From Octopus vulgaris (taxonomy: Eukaryota), in NCBI GenBank assembly GCA_951406725.2, contig OX597833.1:53692001-53756000 (forward strand): a stretch of DNA of 64,000 nt, written 5' to 3'. The notes under the pieces were generated by a model. It did no database searches, had not been told where the DNA came from, and saw only the letters and a program-made list of their open reading frames with translations. The position numbers were made by a program, and so were the translations under genes. The stretch's first letter is position 1; every line of letters starts with the position of its first letter. Of this stretch, positions 1 to 14,782 are shown piece after piece.

Positions 1-68
1 TAGGTTGGCTTGACCAGAGCCAATGTGGGTCAGAAACAGCAGCAACCAACTTTTCTGTATGGCAGCAT

Positions 69-450
69 TAGCTTGTTTACCAACCATATGGTTCCGGGTT
101 CAGTCCCACTGCGTGGCATCTTGGGCAAGTGTCTTCTACTATAGCCTCGGGCCGACCAAAGCCTTGTGAGTGGATTTGGTAGACGGAAACTGAAAGAAGC
201 TCGTCGTATATATGTATATATATGTATGTGTGTGTTTGTCCCCCCCCCCCCCAACATCGCTTGATATCCGATGCTGGTGTGTTTACGTCCCCGTAACTTA
301 GCGGTTCGGCAAAAAGAGACTGATAGAATAAGTGCTGGGCTTACAAAAAAAGAATAAGTCCCGATAAGGGCCGATTTGCTCGACTAAAAGGCGGTGCTCC
401 AGCACGGCCGCAGTCAAATGACTGAAACAAGTAAAAGAGTAAAAAGAGTA
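69..450 (+). mobile_element. SINE-A copy (tRNA-derived SINE), 5' end lost
   Basis: Matches the window's most frequent repeat: B-box GGTTCAGTCCC, body, internal TA/TG microsatellite, tail GGCGGTGCTCCAGCA...GACTGAAACAAGTAAAAGAG. Confidence 0.9.
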
Positions 451-797
451 ACTACAGAGCTTCAGTAGTTGGCGTTATCTGTTCATACTTCTCTCCCTTG
501 GAGTTTTGAACTCTTTAGCATTTAAACAGGAAAAAAAAAAAAACAAAAACCAAAAATAAACCAAAAAACAAAAACAATCCAGTCGTTATAAATCCACTGC
601 TGATTGTTACAGCTGGCCATGTTACCGCTCAGCTTTTATTGGCATGTAACACTTGTTAACAGGAAAACCATTGCTAGCTCACACAGGAAGCCATGCTTTT
701 CTTAGTCTAGTCGTTTCCTCCTATACAAATACACAAATGCTTCTAATACCATATACCATTAGTAATATGATTACTAAAGGTCTAGAGTGGATAGAAG

Positions 798-831
<34 letters not shown>

Positions 832-844
832 ATATGTATAATCT

Positions 845-1050
845 TTTATCTTTTACTTGTTTCAGTCATTTGACTGCGGCCATGCTGGGGCACTACCTTG
901 AAGGTAAATTAATCGACCCCAGGACATTTTTTTTGTTTTTTAAAGTCTGGTACTTATTCTATCAATCTCTTTTTGCTGAACTGCTAATTTACAGGGGATG
1001 TAAAAAAACCAATACCAGTTGTTAAGTGGTGGTGGTGGTGGGAAAACATG
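845..1050 (-). mobile_element. SINE-A 3' fragment
   Basis: Reverse complement of the SINE-A tail (TTTACTTGTTTCAGTCATTTGACTGCGGCCATGCTG). Confidence 0.8.
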
Positions 1051-1108
<58 letters not shown>

Positions 1109-1481
1109 TGTATGTATATATATATACACACACACATGTATGTATATTTATATATACATATATATATATATGTATACACACAAACACACAACACACATAC
1201 AGGTACACACACACACACATATATATGTATTTGTATATATATAAATGATAGGAAAGCTTGGAGAGTGTTTGTGGACAGATGAGTGAATTGATGTTGCTTA
1301 AAAGGGTATGCAACCAGCAGGATGCTGTTGGGCCCCACTACTGATATTGGGGGTTACATTCTATGCCTTGACCTGAGCGTAGAACATAGCTCGCCTCTTT
1401 GAACTGGGAAATGAATGGAATACCTAGTGCGTGTCTTGTTCTGGCTACCCACTCCTAAAAAAATGAAGAATAGGCCTGGGT

Positions 1482-1860
1482 TGGCTGTGTGGTAAGTAGC
1501 TTGCTCACCAACCACATGGTCCCGGGTTCAGTCCCACTGCATGGCACCTTGGGCAAGTGTCTTCTACTAAAGCCTTGTGAGTAGATTTGGTAGACGGAAA
1601 CTGAAAGAAGCCCGTCGTATATATGTATATATATATATATATATATACGTAGTGTGTGTTTGTGTGTCTGTGTTTGTCCTTCCAACATCGCTTGACAACC
1701 GATGCTGGTGTGTTTATGTCCCCGTAACTTAGCGGTCTGGCGAAAGAGACCGATAGAATAAGTACTAGGCATCCAAAGAATAAGTCCTGGGGTCAATTTG
1801 CTCGACTAAAGGCGGTGCTCCAGCATGGCCACAGTCAAATGACTTAAACAAGTAAAAAGA
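1482..1860 (+). mobile_element. SINE-A, near full length
   Basis: A-box TGGCTGTGTGG, B-box GTTCAGTCC, body and tail present. Confidence 0.9.
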
Positions 1861-2248
1861 CAATATATATATATGTGTGTGTGTGTGTGTATGGGTTTGG
1901 GAGAAGTGAAACCTAAGCATTATATATAGGTGGAAGGTTTCCAGAGGCTGAAGCAAGGACAGAGGTAAGTGTATACTTTGCTTCTCATTTCAATAAACAC
2001 TTGAAGGACAGATTGTGTTTGGGTAAGATAAGAATAAGAAAGAGGCTATAAGAAACATAATTACTATACACACACACACACACACAGAGACTGTTTTGAA
2101 ATATAATGTTAAGTGAGAGAAAAGACCCTCAGTTGGTGCAGCGATCAGCTATGGAAAGCACAAGAAGAGTGAGAGACTGATAGAAACTGGAAATGAGTGA
2201 AGGCCAAATAAAACCCGGTCGAGAGGCTCTCTCTCTCTCTCTCTCTCT

Positions 2249-2495
2249 CTTTACTCTTTTACTTGTTTCAGTCATTTGACTGCGGCCATGCTGGAGCAGC
2301 GCCTTTAGTTGAGCAAATCGACCCCCGGGACTTATTCTTTTTTTGTAAGCCCAGTACTTATTCTATCGGTGTCTTTTGCCAAACTGCTAAGTGACGGGGA
2401 CGTAAACACACCAGCATCGGTTGTCAAGCAATGCTAGAGGGACAAACACAGACACACGAACATATACACACACATACATATATATATACATATAC

Positions 2496-2526
<31 letters not shown>

Positions 2527-2915
2527 CATATATATATACATATATATATACATATATATATATACATACATACATATATCATCATCATCATCATCATCGT
2601 TTAACGTCCGCTTTCCATGCTAGCATGGGTTGGACGGTTCAACTGGGGTCTGGCAAGCCCGAAGGCTGCACCAGGCCAGTCAGATCTGGCAGTGTTTCTA
2701 CAGCTGGATGCCCTTCCTAACGCCAACCACTCCGAGATATATATTTATACACGACAGGCTTCTTTCATTTTCCGTCTACCAAATCCACTCACAAGACTTT
2801 GGTCGGCCCGAGGCTATAGCAGAAGACACTTGCCCAAGGTGCCACGCAGTGGTACTGAACCCCGGAACCATGTGGTTGGTTAGCAAGCTACTTACCACAC
2901 AGCCACTCCTGCGCC
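2249..2915 (-). mobile_element. SINE-A full length with nested SINE-C fragment (2578-2737)
   Basis: Head ends at GCGCC 2915; the internal microsatellite is interrupted by CATCATCGTTTAACGTCCGC... Confidence 0.9.
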
Positions 2916-3323
2916 TATTTAGTAGATATGTAGAAGAGACTGAAATTGGAATGTTGTGAAGGACTTGAGCTATTAAGTGAACTTCTCTAGTGTTGGTTTT
3001 ACTGTACTGTTTATAGTAGTTACTGATAAGCAAGCTGGTTAGTTGTAAAAAAAGCACATGCTGAAACTACTTGTGGGGGGGGGGGAAAGGAAAAAGAACA
3101 TCAATAACTGTGTCAACAAGACCAGCGAGCAGATAACGTTGTAATAGAGGCAGATCAAAGAAGTAGCAGTTGTGTGTGTGTATGTGTGTGCGTTTATGTG
3201 TGTGTGAGAGAGAGACAGAGAGAGCGAGGCTGTTAAGGAAGACCTAAGACTGGTGGATGCCACAAGGAAGATGAGACAGGACCCAGACATGCAAAAACCG
3301 TCTGACCAATGCCAACAAGCATA

Positions 3324-3720
3324 GGCGCAGGAGTGGCTGTGTGGTAAGTAGCTTGCTAACCAACCACATGGTTCCAGGTTCAGTCCCACTGTGTGGCACC
3401 TTGGGCAAGTGTCTTCTGCTATAGCCCCCGGGCCGACCAATGCCTTGTGAGTGGACTTGGTAGACGGAAACTGAAAGAAGCCTGTCGTGTATATGCATAT
3501 ATATATGTGTATGTGTGTGTATGTGTTTGTGTTTGTCTCTCTAGCATTGCTTGACAACCGATGCTGGTGTGTTTACGTCCCTGTCACTTAGCGGTTCAGC
3601 AAAAGAGACCGATAGAATAAGTACTGGGCTTACAAAGAATAAGTCCCGGGGTCGATTTGATTTGACTAAAAGGTGGTGCTCCAGCATGGCCGCAGTCAAA
3701 TGACTGAAACAAGTAAAAGA
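3324..3720 (+). mobile_element. SINE-A full length
   Basis: Starts GGCGCAGGAGTGGCTGTGTGGTAAG, ends GAAACAAGTAAAAGA. Confidence 0.92.
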
Positions 3721-4481
3721 GAGAGAGAGAGTATGCATATAAACAAATGTAAATCGACAGGTGAGATTGTCGATCTGCTTTTTCCCCTTACGTCAAACAT
3801 AAAACAATATATGATATGTAAATGGATAAGGATGATACGTGCATTTGTATGCATTTTGTACGCATTTGTACGCGTACGAACATTTGTTCATTCACGGGCG
3901 CGAGTAAACGGAATAAATCGTTTAGACAACATTTCTAAGATGAACAACGTAAGACTGCAAGATATCTCAACTATGGGTAAACAAACAGATTCTGTTTATA
4001 TATTTAAAGCCTGAGAAATGGAATTTCATTCTGAGCTATTCTTGCAGTATTCCTCACCACCACCACCAACAACAGCAACACCACCTCATCTCCTCTCCAC
4101 ATCACTGCTGCTACGCCACAGACAGGTGTTTATTCTACCTGGCACCAAACATTCCACAGATAAAGCAGAACTTATTGCAGCCCTTTTGTTTTTCTGACAT
4201 TTCTTTGTCTGCGATTTCGAACGACCATTTTAGAACTACCTTGCCATAAAGGTTAACTCTTTTACAGCAAGGCAGGCTTCAACACCTAAAGCAGTCAAAG
4301 TTGATAACAAAATCCTATTTACGTCGATAAAGGAGAAAATGGAGAGAAATAACTCAAAGAGAGACTTACATAACTATTCCGCTCATCCTTTCGGTCAGGT
4401 ATACCATATTCTATTCAGAACTGAAAGCTGTAGCGTACACAATACACTACTATTACAACCGTCTTATACAAGCCTGAAAAT

Positions 4482-4672
4482 TATACATATATATATACAT
4501 ATATATACATATATATATATATACATACATACATATATATACATATATATATATACATACATACATATATATATACATACATACATATATACATACATAC
4601 ATATATATATATATATACATACATACATATATATACATACATACATATATATGTATACATACATATATATAG

Positions 4673-4709
<37 letters not shown>

Positions 4710-4830
4710 TATAGATACATATATATATAGATACATATATATAGATACAAACGTATATACATACATACATATATATATATATATACACATACATACATAC
4801 ATATATATATATACATACATACATAATATA

Positions 4831-4864
<34 letters not shown>

Positions 4865-4895
4865 CATACATACATATATATACATAAATATATAC

Positions 4896-4938
<43 letters not shown>

Positions 4939-5240
4939 TATATATATATACATAGATACATATATACATACATACATATATATATATACAAACATATATA
5001 TATATACATATACATATATATATATATATACATACATATATATATATACATACATGCATATACATACATATATATATATATATACATGCATATGCTTATA
5101 TATATACATACATATATATATACATATATACACATACATATATATATATATATACAAACATATATATATATACATACATACATATATATATACATACATA
5201 CATATATATATACACATATACATATATATGTGTGTGTGTA
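4482..5240. repeat. Compound (TA)/(TACA) microsatellite
   Basis: Directly visible; explains the YI-rich ORFs. Confidence 0.97.
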
Positions 5241-5526
5241 TTATAGGAAGCTGGACTATGGTTAGAAGAAGGCCTGAATGGAATTAACATATGCTATTGA
5301 CTGGAATGTTACTTAACCAAATCTAAAGTTATCCATAATAAAGTAGCAACAGTGTTAATACCAAGTTGTACTCAACAACTAATAAAGGAGTCTACTAAAT
5401 CTTCAATAAAAAAGGAAAACAAAAACAATACAAATAAGAGCACTCAGAGACTGCAAACCTCCGCCAAGGCAATACCAACGTCCTCTCAACGATTAGCCAG
5501 AGATGATTTTTAAAATGAGAATATCT

Positions 5527-5949
5527 GAAATACCTATTTCTTTACTACCCACAAGGGGTTAAACACAGAGAGGACAAACAAGGACAGACAAACGGATTAA
5601 GTCAATTATATCGACCCCAGTGCATAACTGGTACTTAATTTATAGCCCCCGAAAGGATGAAAAGCAAAGTTGACCTCGGCGGAATTTGAACTCAGAACGT
5701 AACAGCAGACGAAATACCTATTTCTTTACTACCCACAAGGGGCTAAACACAGAGAGGACAAACAAGGACAGACAAACGGATTAAGTCGATTATATCGACT
5801 CCAGTGCGTAACTGGTACTCATTTAATCGGCCCCGAAAGGACGAAAGGCAAAGTCGACCTCGGCGGAATTTGAACTCAGAACGTAACGGCAGACGAAATA
5901 CTGCTATGCATTTCGCCCGGCGTGCTAATGATTCTGCCAGCTCGCCGCC
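5527..5949 (-). mobile_element. SINE-B (tRNA-derived), head plus tandemly repeated 184-bp body
   Basis: Minus strand starts GGCGGCGAGCTGGCAGAATC; B-box GAGTTCAAATTCC; GAAATAC recurs at 5527, 5711 and 5895. Confidence 0.88.
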
Positions 5950-5999
5950 AAATCACCATCACTACCATCACCACTACAGTGGTCATCACTGCCATTGCC

Positions 6000-6033
<34 letters not shown>

Positions 6034-6502
6034 ACTTCCAGAGTAAATAAACTGAGAACCAAAAAAAAAAGAAAAAAAAAAACTAACTTGAGGTATAAAA
6101 GCAAAAACTACCACAATGGTCAATAAATGTCCATGTGAATTAGCTGGCCTCATTTAGTGGTCAGTGGGACAAGGCTTACTTGAAGTGATACCGATATGAC
6201 CGGTTAGTTATATAGGCTTTCAGTTCTCTAGCAACTATTGTTGTTGTAAAAAGTCCAAACAAATCGTTTAGCTGGAACTGTTGATAGTGTTCTTCAGCAG
6301 AAACTTGGCCGAGATAACCGAATAGATAATATAAATTTACAATGTAATAATGACAACTAGAATGGAAACAATTGTGACATCTTTACTTTGAAATCAATAA
6401 TAGTACCAAATGGTGCATGTGAATATGGAGTGTATGAGTGTGTATACAAATATAATATATATATATATGAGTGAGTGTGTGTATATATATATATATATAT
6501 AT

Positions 6503-6802
6503 GATGTGATCACGTGACTGACCAGACCATCAGATGTTGTTACACATCGCTGGTCACAATGCGTTCGCATTGTTTTAGCCTTCGAATGACGCCACCCCGC
6601 TGGCTAAGCAAGCAGGCCAACAGAAGAAAGAGTGGTGAAAGAAGAGTACAGCAGGGATCACCACCACACCCTGCCGGAGCCTCGTGGAGTTTTTAGGTGT
6701 TTTCACTCAATAAACACTCACAACGCCCGGCCTGGGGATCGAAACCGCGATTCTACAACCGCGAGTCTGCTGCCCTAACCACTGGGCCATTGCGCCTCCA
6801 CA
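6503..6802 (-). mobile_element. SINE-D1 (tRNA-derived) inserted in (TA)n
   Basis: Minus strand TGTGGAGGCGCAATGGCCCAGTGGTTAGGGC...GGTTTCGATCCCC (A/B boxes); head shared with the copies at 32218 and 51198. Confidence 0.82.
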
Positions 6803-6814
6803 TATATATATATA

Positions 6815-7206
6815 TTCTTTTACTCGTCTCAGTCATTTGACTGCAGCCATACTGGAGCACCACCTTAAGAGGTTTTAGCCAAACAAATCGACCCCAAGGC
6901 TTATTCTTTGTAAGTTCAATACTTATTCTATTAATCTTTTTTGCCGAACTGCTAAGTGATGGGGATGTAAACACACCAACACTAGTTGTCAAGAGATGGT
7001 GGTGTTGGTGGGAAAAACAGACAGACAGACACACATATACACACGATGGGCTTCTTTCAGTTTCCATCCACCAAATCCACTCACAAGGCTTTGTTTGGTC
7101 TGAGGCTATAGTGGAAGAGACTTGCCCAAGGTTCCACACAGTGAGACTGAACCCAGAACCATGTGGTTGGGAAGTGAGCTTCTTACCACACGGCTATGCC
7201 TGCACC
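6815..7206 (-). mobile_element. SINE-A, older diverged copy
   Basis: Alignable by eye to SINE-A head, body and tail. Confidence 0.82.
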
Positions 7207-7224
7207 TATATCATCATTATGTCA

Positions 7225-7840
7225 ACATCATCATCATTTAATGTTGGTTTCCCATGCTGGCATGGGTTGGATGGTTTGACAGGAGCTGGCTAGGCAGAAG
7301 ACTGCACCAAGTTTCACTCTTTGTTTTGCCATGGCTTTTACAGCTGGATGCTCTTCCTAACACCAACCACCTTACAAAGAGGACTGAGCTTTTTATGTGG
7401 CACCAGCATCAGTGAGGTCTGTTTTGGCATAGTTTCTACAACAGAATGCCCTTCCTAACGCCAACCACTTTATAGTATGGACTGAATGCTTTTTATGTGG
7501 CACCAGCACCAGCGAGGTCTGTTTTGGTATGGTTTCTCAGCAGAATGCCCTTCCAAACGCCAACCACTTTACAGAGTGGGCTGAATACTTTTAATGTGAC
7601 AGCAGCACCAGTGAGGTCTGTTTTGGCATGGTTTCTACAGCTGGATACCTTTTCAAATGCCAACCACTTTACAGTGTGGGCTGAATGCTTTTTATGTGGC
7701 ACCAGCGAGGTCTGTTTTGGCATGGTTTCTACAGCTAGATGCCCTTCCAAGTACCAACCACTTTACATTGCGAGCTGAATGCCTTTCCGAATGCGAACCA
7801 CTTTACAGTGTGGACTCAATATTTTTTACATGACACCAAC
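7225..7840 (-). mobile_element. SINE-C-related element with an internally amplified unit of about 90 bp
   Basis: (CAT)n tail, then repeated GGTCTGTTTTGGCATGGTTTCTACAGC...CCAACCACTTTACAG units. Confidence 0.75.
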
Positions 7841-9085
7841 ATGCAAACACAAGGAGAAGAGAAGTACCGAGAGGAAATACCAGTACTGCGATCCATGTAC
7901 AACGGTCTTTAGACTCTTCTCTTTGTGTATTTGTTCACTGCACTTAACTCTACAAGTTGTGCTGTGTGACTGACCGTAGGGAATAGGTACTTGGCGATCC
8001 TCTGGGAAGAAAGTTATCTATCATCGACTGACGCCATGAAACTCAAGGTAAGGTAATAGATAATAGACAGCAGACTTTAAAAGCCAATTCATGGCTTAGG
8101 GGACAACTGTATTGACAAATGTACATGCTTGTTATGTTCAAGAAAACAGAAACAACAATTTAAATGTAATGGCTTCAGAAAACTAAAGCTTCCATCACAA
8201 AATTTTATTGGCATTAAGGAAAAATGGGAAACAAAAGGAGAAAAACTACAACACAATCTATAAAAGAGAATATAGAACAGTTGTATAAAGCAGCAGATAA
8301 TGTTTATCTCACAACGATAAGCATTCTGCCTGCTTCTCTCTCTCTCTCCCTCCCACTTTGTATGTGTGTGTATGTGTGTAAGCATGTGTATGTGTGTGTG
8401 TGTGTGTGGCAGTAGATGCTATCAGTAGGACAACGTTTTTGTTTTTCCTCCTCTGTTCTTTTCTAATCAATGTTGGTAATTAGCTACCACTACTAAACAC
8501 TTATCTCTATTACCATTAAGAAAGTCCCAGGTGAATTTTTAAACGAACAAGACTACTTTGGTAAAATCGAGGCAATGTTCCTACATGCAGCCAACACACA
8601 TGCGCACACAAACACGCAAAAATGCATATAGGTGTGTCTGCATAGATGCATGCGGATGTCTATATGAATGCGTATATATATCATACAAAAGAGAAAGGGG
8701 TAAGAAGGCAGAGAAAGCAGACACACACAGAAATAGATAGATAAATATACATGTATGTGTATGCATACAAGCACATGCACACAGATTATTTCTGTACAAA
8801 TATTATATAAAATCTATACAGACATTAATAAGCACGCTGTACACACACACACACACAGTGTCTGTACAAATAATATATAAAACATTAATAAATACATCAG
8901 ACACACATGCACATACATATGCACACAATGTGCATATGTAAATGTGTGTGCAGATGACACACATCTCGTGCTGATAGAATTGAAGGGGACATTCATGAAA
9001 GAGCAATGATATAAACATGGCATTATATTTCAGAAAACACAGCTAATATGTAATTTTAAAGTTAGGCATGTTTAGAGAAAGACAC

Positions 9086-9118
<33 letters not shown>

Positions 9119-9123
9119 AAATC

Positions 9124-9851
<728 letters not shown>

Positions 9852-10589
9852 GTTTATAAATTTTTTCTCAAATTGCTGTGTGCGTACAAAACGTCACATG
9901 CATGTTTAAAAGTCTGTGTATATACGAATGCCAGTGCAATATAAATTTCTTCGTTTCTGTATATTACAGATTTAACATATCAACCCCACCCCATCCTACC
10001 GCAAAAAAAAAAAAAAACCCCAAAAACAAAAAGACCATATTTAAATACCCCAACGGAATCTACATTCCTCGATTTATAAACATATTCTTTACCGTTTTTA
10101 TTTTTATTCTTTTAACGTATTTCTGTAGAAATGCTTAGAAATGATCATGGTTATATAATTACTCCTTAATTACTCGCTAGCCAGAAGGAATGCACAAACG
10201 ACAATACTAGGCAAAGATGGTTGTTATTATTATTATTATTATTATTTTTTTTTTTTTTTCCCCCTAATACATATGAATATGGTGGCGTTTCTTCGCCCTT
10301 CTCTTTATCTCTTTTTTTTTTTTTTTAAAAAGTTTCTTTGCAATAAATGTCCTTTATTTTTTTTTATATATTGTTTCGTTTATGTACACGTAATTTTTCT
10401 CTCTCTTTTCCAATTTTTACCGTAAGCGACATTAGACAGATAAGACATTTTCATATTTCAAAAAGAAAACAGTAAAATTTAATTTAATAAAAATAAAGTA
10501 CTTTTTTTTTTTTAATAAAAAAAGTAAATAATTGACAAATTCAATGTAACAGTTTCTTTTCTCTTTCCACTTCATTATGATTGATTGAG

Positions 10590-10890
10590 ATTATCATTAT
10601 TATTATTATTATTACTATTATTATTATCATCATCATCATCATCATCATCATCATTATTATTATCATCATTATTATTATCATTATTATCATTATTATTATC
10701 ATTATTATTATCATTATTATTATTATCATTATTATTATCATTATTATCATTATTATTATTATCATTATTATTATCATTATTATTATCATTATTATCATTA
10801 TTATTATTATCATTATTATTATTATTATCATTATTATTATTATTATTATTATTACTATTATTATTATTGTTGTTGTTTTTGTTGTTGTTG
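10590..10890. repeat. (ATT)/(ATC) trinucleotide microsatellite
   Basis: Directly visible. Confidence 0.97.
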
Positions 10891-11384
10891 CCCTATATCC
10901 CTCACAAAAGTAGGGGACATTACAATTTCCTTTTTCCTGTCCCCAAAGAGCCCGAAGGATTAATATGTTTATAAAGATATATTTATTGCTGTTGTTAATG
11001 TTACCGCCGGTTTCTCACAATAGGAAGGAACAGAATACTATTATTAGTAATGTCGGTGTTGAAGCGGCAAGAACCAGATACGGTAATGGAAAAAAAACAA
11101 AAAAAAAACCCCCAAAAAACAAAAAATAAAGAAATTGTAATTTCATTTTGTTTGCCTCAAAGAATCATTGCATGTATTATTATGAAGAGGAAACAAAATT
11201 ACAAAAAGGACTTCATCCATTTCTCAAAAACATTAGAAATATGAAAGTCAGGTGGCATAAGTTAAGAATTAGAAATGATTTCACCAAAAAAATTACTTCT
11301 TCATTGTAACAGTGATTTCTTTTGAGTATGGCCTTCAGGTATTTTTTTCAAAAGAGGATATGCGTGTGTGTGTGTGTGCGTGTA

Positions 11385-11577
11385 TCATCATCATCATCAT
11401 CGTTTAAAGTCCGTTTTCCATGCTAGCAATGGGTTGGACAGTTCGACTGGGGTCTGGGAAGCCAGGAGGCTGCACCAGGCTCCAGTCTGATCTGGCAGTG
11501 TTTCTTACAGCTGGATGCCCTTCCTAACGCCAACCACTCCGTGAGCGTAGGAGGTGCTTTTTATGTGCCACCGGCAC
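11385..11577 (-). mobile_element. SINE-C 3' part
   Basis: (CAT)n CGTTTAA...CAGCTGGATGCCCTTCCTAACGCCAACCAC. Confidence 0.85.
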
Positions 11578-11626
<49 letters not shown>

Positions 11627-12329
11627 GGCGCAGGTGTGGCTGCATGGTAAGAAGCTTGCTTCCTGACCACATGGTTCTGGGTTCAGTTCCACTGCATGGC
11701 ACCATCGATTTGGCAGATGGAAATTAAACAACAACAACAGCACCACCACCACCTGTAACATGTAATTCCCAATAAATTAGAAGTAACAACCTGTCATATA
11801 TAAACACACACACACACACGTAGACACACACAAAACCCAGTTCCTACTTCATCCAAACATGCTTTGGTACACAACATCTGACCCCACCTCACGATGTACA
11901 CTGATGAAGATTGTAGCAGGATTGTGTTTACATAGGGGTTAATTGCCATGCATGCGTGTAAAAGATAGGCTATTTAAGCTAGACTCTTATTTGTACTAAC
12001 CACGAAACATGAACCTGTACTATAAAGAACAGTAAAGTAAACAAACGACAGAGATAAAAATCTAAAGACAGACTTCACTGCACCTGCTTCTATATATCTT
12101 GATGGGAGATTCGATAGGATTGCTCAACCTGCTAGAAATAGTAACCGTGTTTCAGTCAAATCACGCTCTGTTTGTCAAGTGTTTAAGAAAAGAAGGTCTA
12201 ATGAAATTTGACACTGTTGTTTATTTACATGTTTAGCACATCCAAGTGATGGAGTGATATGATTGTACTGATGCTCTTTGGATGAGGGTGATGCGGTACG
12301 GCTGATTGAATATTCAGAGAGAATGAGGG

Positions 12330-12990
12330 AGAGAAAGAGAGAGAGGGAAAGAGAGAGAGAGAGATTATAATTTATTAATTGAACACAACTGACATAAACT
12401 ATCCCTCTCCTTGAACACAAAAGGAAAAAATATGGTCTCATAGAGAGAGAGAGAGAGAGAGAGAAAGAAGAGGGGAAAGAGAGAGCGAAAGAGTGAGAGA
12501 GAGAGAGAGAAAGAGAGCAAAAGGATGAGAGTGAGAACGAAAGAGTGAGAGAGAGAGAGAGAGAGAGAGCGAAAGAGTGAGAGAGAGAGAGAGAAAGAGA
12601 GAAAAAGGGAAAGAGTGAGAGAAAGAGAGAGAGAGAGATTATAATTTATTAATTGAACACAACTGACATAAACTCTATCCCTCTCCTTGAACAAAAAAGG
12701 AAAAAATATGGTCTCACAGAGAGAGAGAGAGAGAAAGAAGAGATGAGGGAGAGAGAGAGAGAAAGAAGAGAAGAGGGAGAGAGAGAAAGAAGAGATGAGG
12801 GAGAGAGAGAGAGAAAGAAGAGAAGAGGGAGAGAGAGAAAGAAGAGAAATGGGAGAGAGAGAAAGAAGAGAAGAGGGAGAGAGAGAAAGAAGAGAAGAGG
12901 GAGAGAGAGAAAGAGAAGAGGGAGAAAGAGAGAGAGAGAATGAAAAGAAGAGGGAGGGAGAGAGAGAAGAGGAGAGAGAGAGAGAGAGAT
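12330..12990. repeat. GA-rich tract containing a duplicated unique block of about 80 bp (12364-12440 and 12638-12717)
   Basis: ATTATAATTTATTAATTGAACACAACTGACATAAACT...ATATGGTCTCA occurs twice. Confidence 0.9.
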
Positions 12991-13655
12991 CAAAAGGGGC
13001 ATTAAAATGTCTGATGTCAAATACACATTGAATCAGTGGCTACCAAATCACTTGTGCTAAGATGTCTCATATCCTCCAGGTAAAGGGTTGAATGGAGGAT
13101 GCATTAGTGCACCGTAGTGCACAGGCGGGCATAACTCTCTTTCATGTCCAAAGGGTTTGGGGGTCATGCCATCGGTTTGTAAATGCTACCATACTAAGTC
13201 GATGCTGACTTGGGTACTTTGTCACTCTTAATACCTATTTTCACAAACAGAATGGATTGGAGCAAGATAAAATAAAGTGCATGGGCCAGGAATTGAACCC
13301 AGGACCATATGATCACAAGTTCAGTTGCCTAACAGTGAGGCGACAAGCTAAATTTCTTTTTAACACAACCTGACTAAGCTAAAAAAATTAAGACAAAATA
13401 TCACACTTTTTCGTCCTTAATGCTTGAGAGGGCAAGGTTTATTTTATTGCTAGAGAACATGGTTTATACCTGACTGTCCTCCTTACTGCCAACCAATCAC
13501 TCAACTGTGAAGTAGGTGTGAAAACCAGTTTGTTATCAGTCAGTAAAATAGGTTCACATAGAGTTATGTACCTTGCTCGGTAGATCATCACAATAGCAAT
13601 GCATAGATTTGAAATTAACAGGTCCAAAAAGTGCAAACTTACTTTTTTTTTAATA

Positions 13656-14229
13656 CCCTTTAGCATTCAAAATATTTTGTCAAATCATCATCATCATCAT
13701 CGTTTAACGTCCACTTTCCATGCTAGCATGGGTTGGACATATGACTGAGGGCTGGCGAACCAGATGGCTGCACGAAGCTTCAATCTTGATCTGGCAGAGT
13801 TTCTACAGCTGGATGCCCTTCCTAACGCCAACCACTCCGAGAGTGTAGTGGGTGCTTTTACGTGCCACCGGCATGGGACCAGTCAGGCGGCACTGGCAAC
13901 GACCTCGCTCGAATCTTTTACACATGCCACCGGCGCAGGTGCCAGTAAGGCTATGCTGGTAATGATCACGCTCGAATGGTGTTTTTTACGTGCCACCGGC
14001 GGCACGGAGGCCAGAAAGCCGCCCTGGCAACGATCACCTAATGCTTATTTATTCACATTGTTTTGAATCAACCATGCACCGTCTCATAGCTTCAAGATTT
14101 CAATAATGTGATTGCTTAATTTTCAGAATCACATTGTGGGACAGGTATGAAAGGTTGGATCTGGCTGATTTGGGCATAAAACAAGGGAGAATATTTGGGC
14201 CGGGTATGGCCGGTTTGAATGCTAAAGGG
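13656..14229. mobile_element. piggyBac-like MITE family 1 with nested SINE-C (about 13686-14038)
   Basis: TIR CCCTTTAGCATTCAAA / TTTGAATGCTAAAGGG; TTAA on the right; body matches 19423-19643. Confidence 0.82.
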
Positions 14230-14727
14230 TTAAAGAAATAGGGATAAAAACTAACTACAGCTCTTGTACTCACAAGCGAGGACAACCTGTCTGCATGTAT
14301 CATGTTTTTGCTAATTGTCTGAGGTGCCTATGTAATTATGAGCAGACACTGTTACACTCTGAACCCCCCTTACTCACTCTGGGTTCAGTAGAACATCTAG
14401 GATTTGACATTTGTCGGGAAAGAAAAGGGCTGCAGTAACTCTTGGTTGGTTCTCATTTTAGCCATGAAAAACTGAAACACTATCAAATGATTGTGTGTTT
14501 GCTCAAGGCCACAATGAATTGAGTATATATGTGTGTGTGTGTGTATGTATGCAAGTCAGTCTCTGTGTGTGTGTATGTGTGTATGTATGTATAAAATGTC
14601 GACATATATTGAAATGTAAAGTATAGATTATTGGTGTTGGATGGATTAAATAATGACCAAGTTGAAAGTAAAATCTGGTTAAGTGAGATGAAAGCTGAAT
14701 ATAGATCAGTGTGTGTGTGTGTGTGCA

Positions 14728-14782
<55 letters not shown>

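Noticed and set aside
3324-3400. tRNA-like sequence at SINE heads
   Set aside because: A/B boxes are present but there is no complete cloverleaf, and each continues into a SINE body
4268-4398. Possible plus-strand exon ([17 protein letters not shown]...)
   Set aside because: Weak donor (GTATAC) and unrecognised peptide; open frames of this size are expected by chance
14378-14471. Minus-strand segment between TTTCAG and GTGAGT as a coding exon
   Set aside because: Stop codons in all three frames
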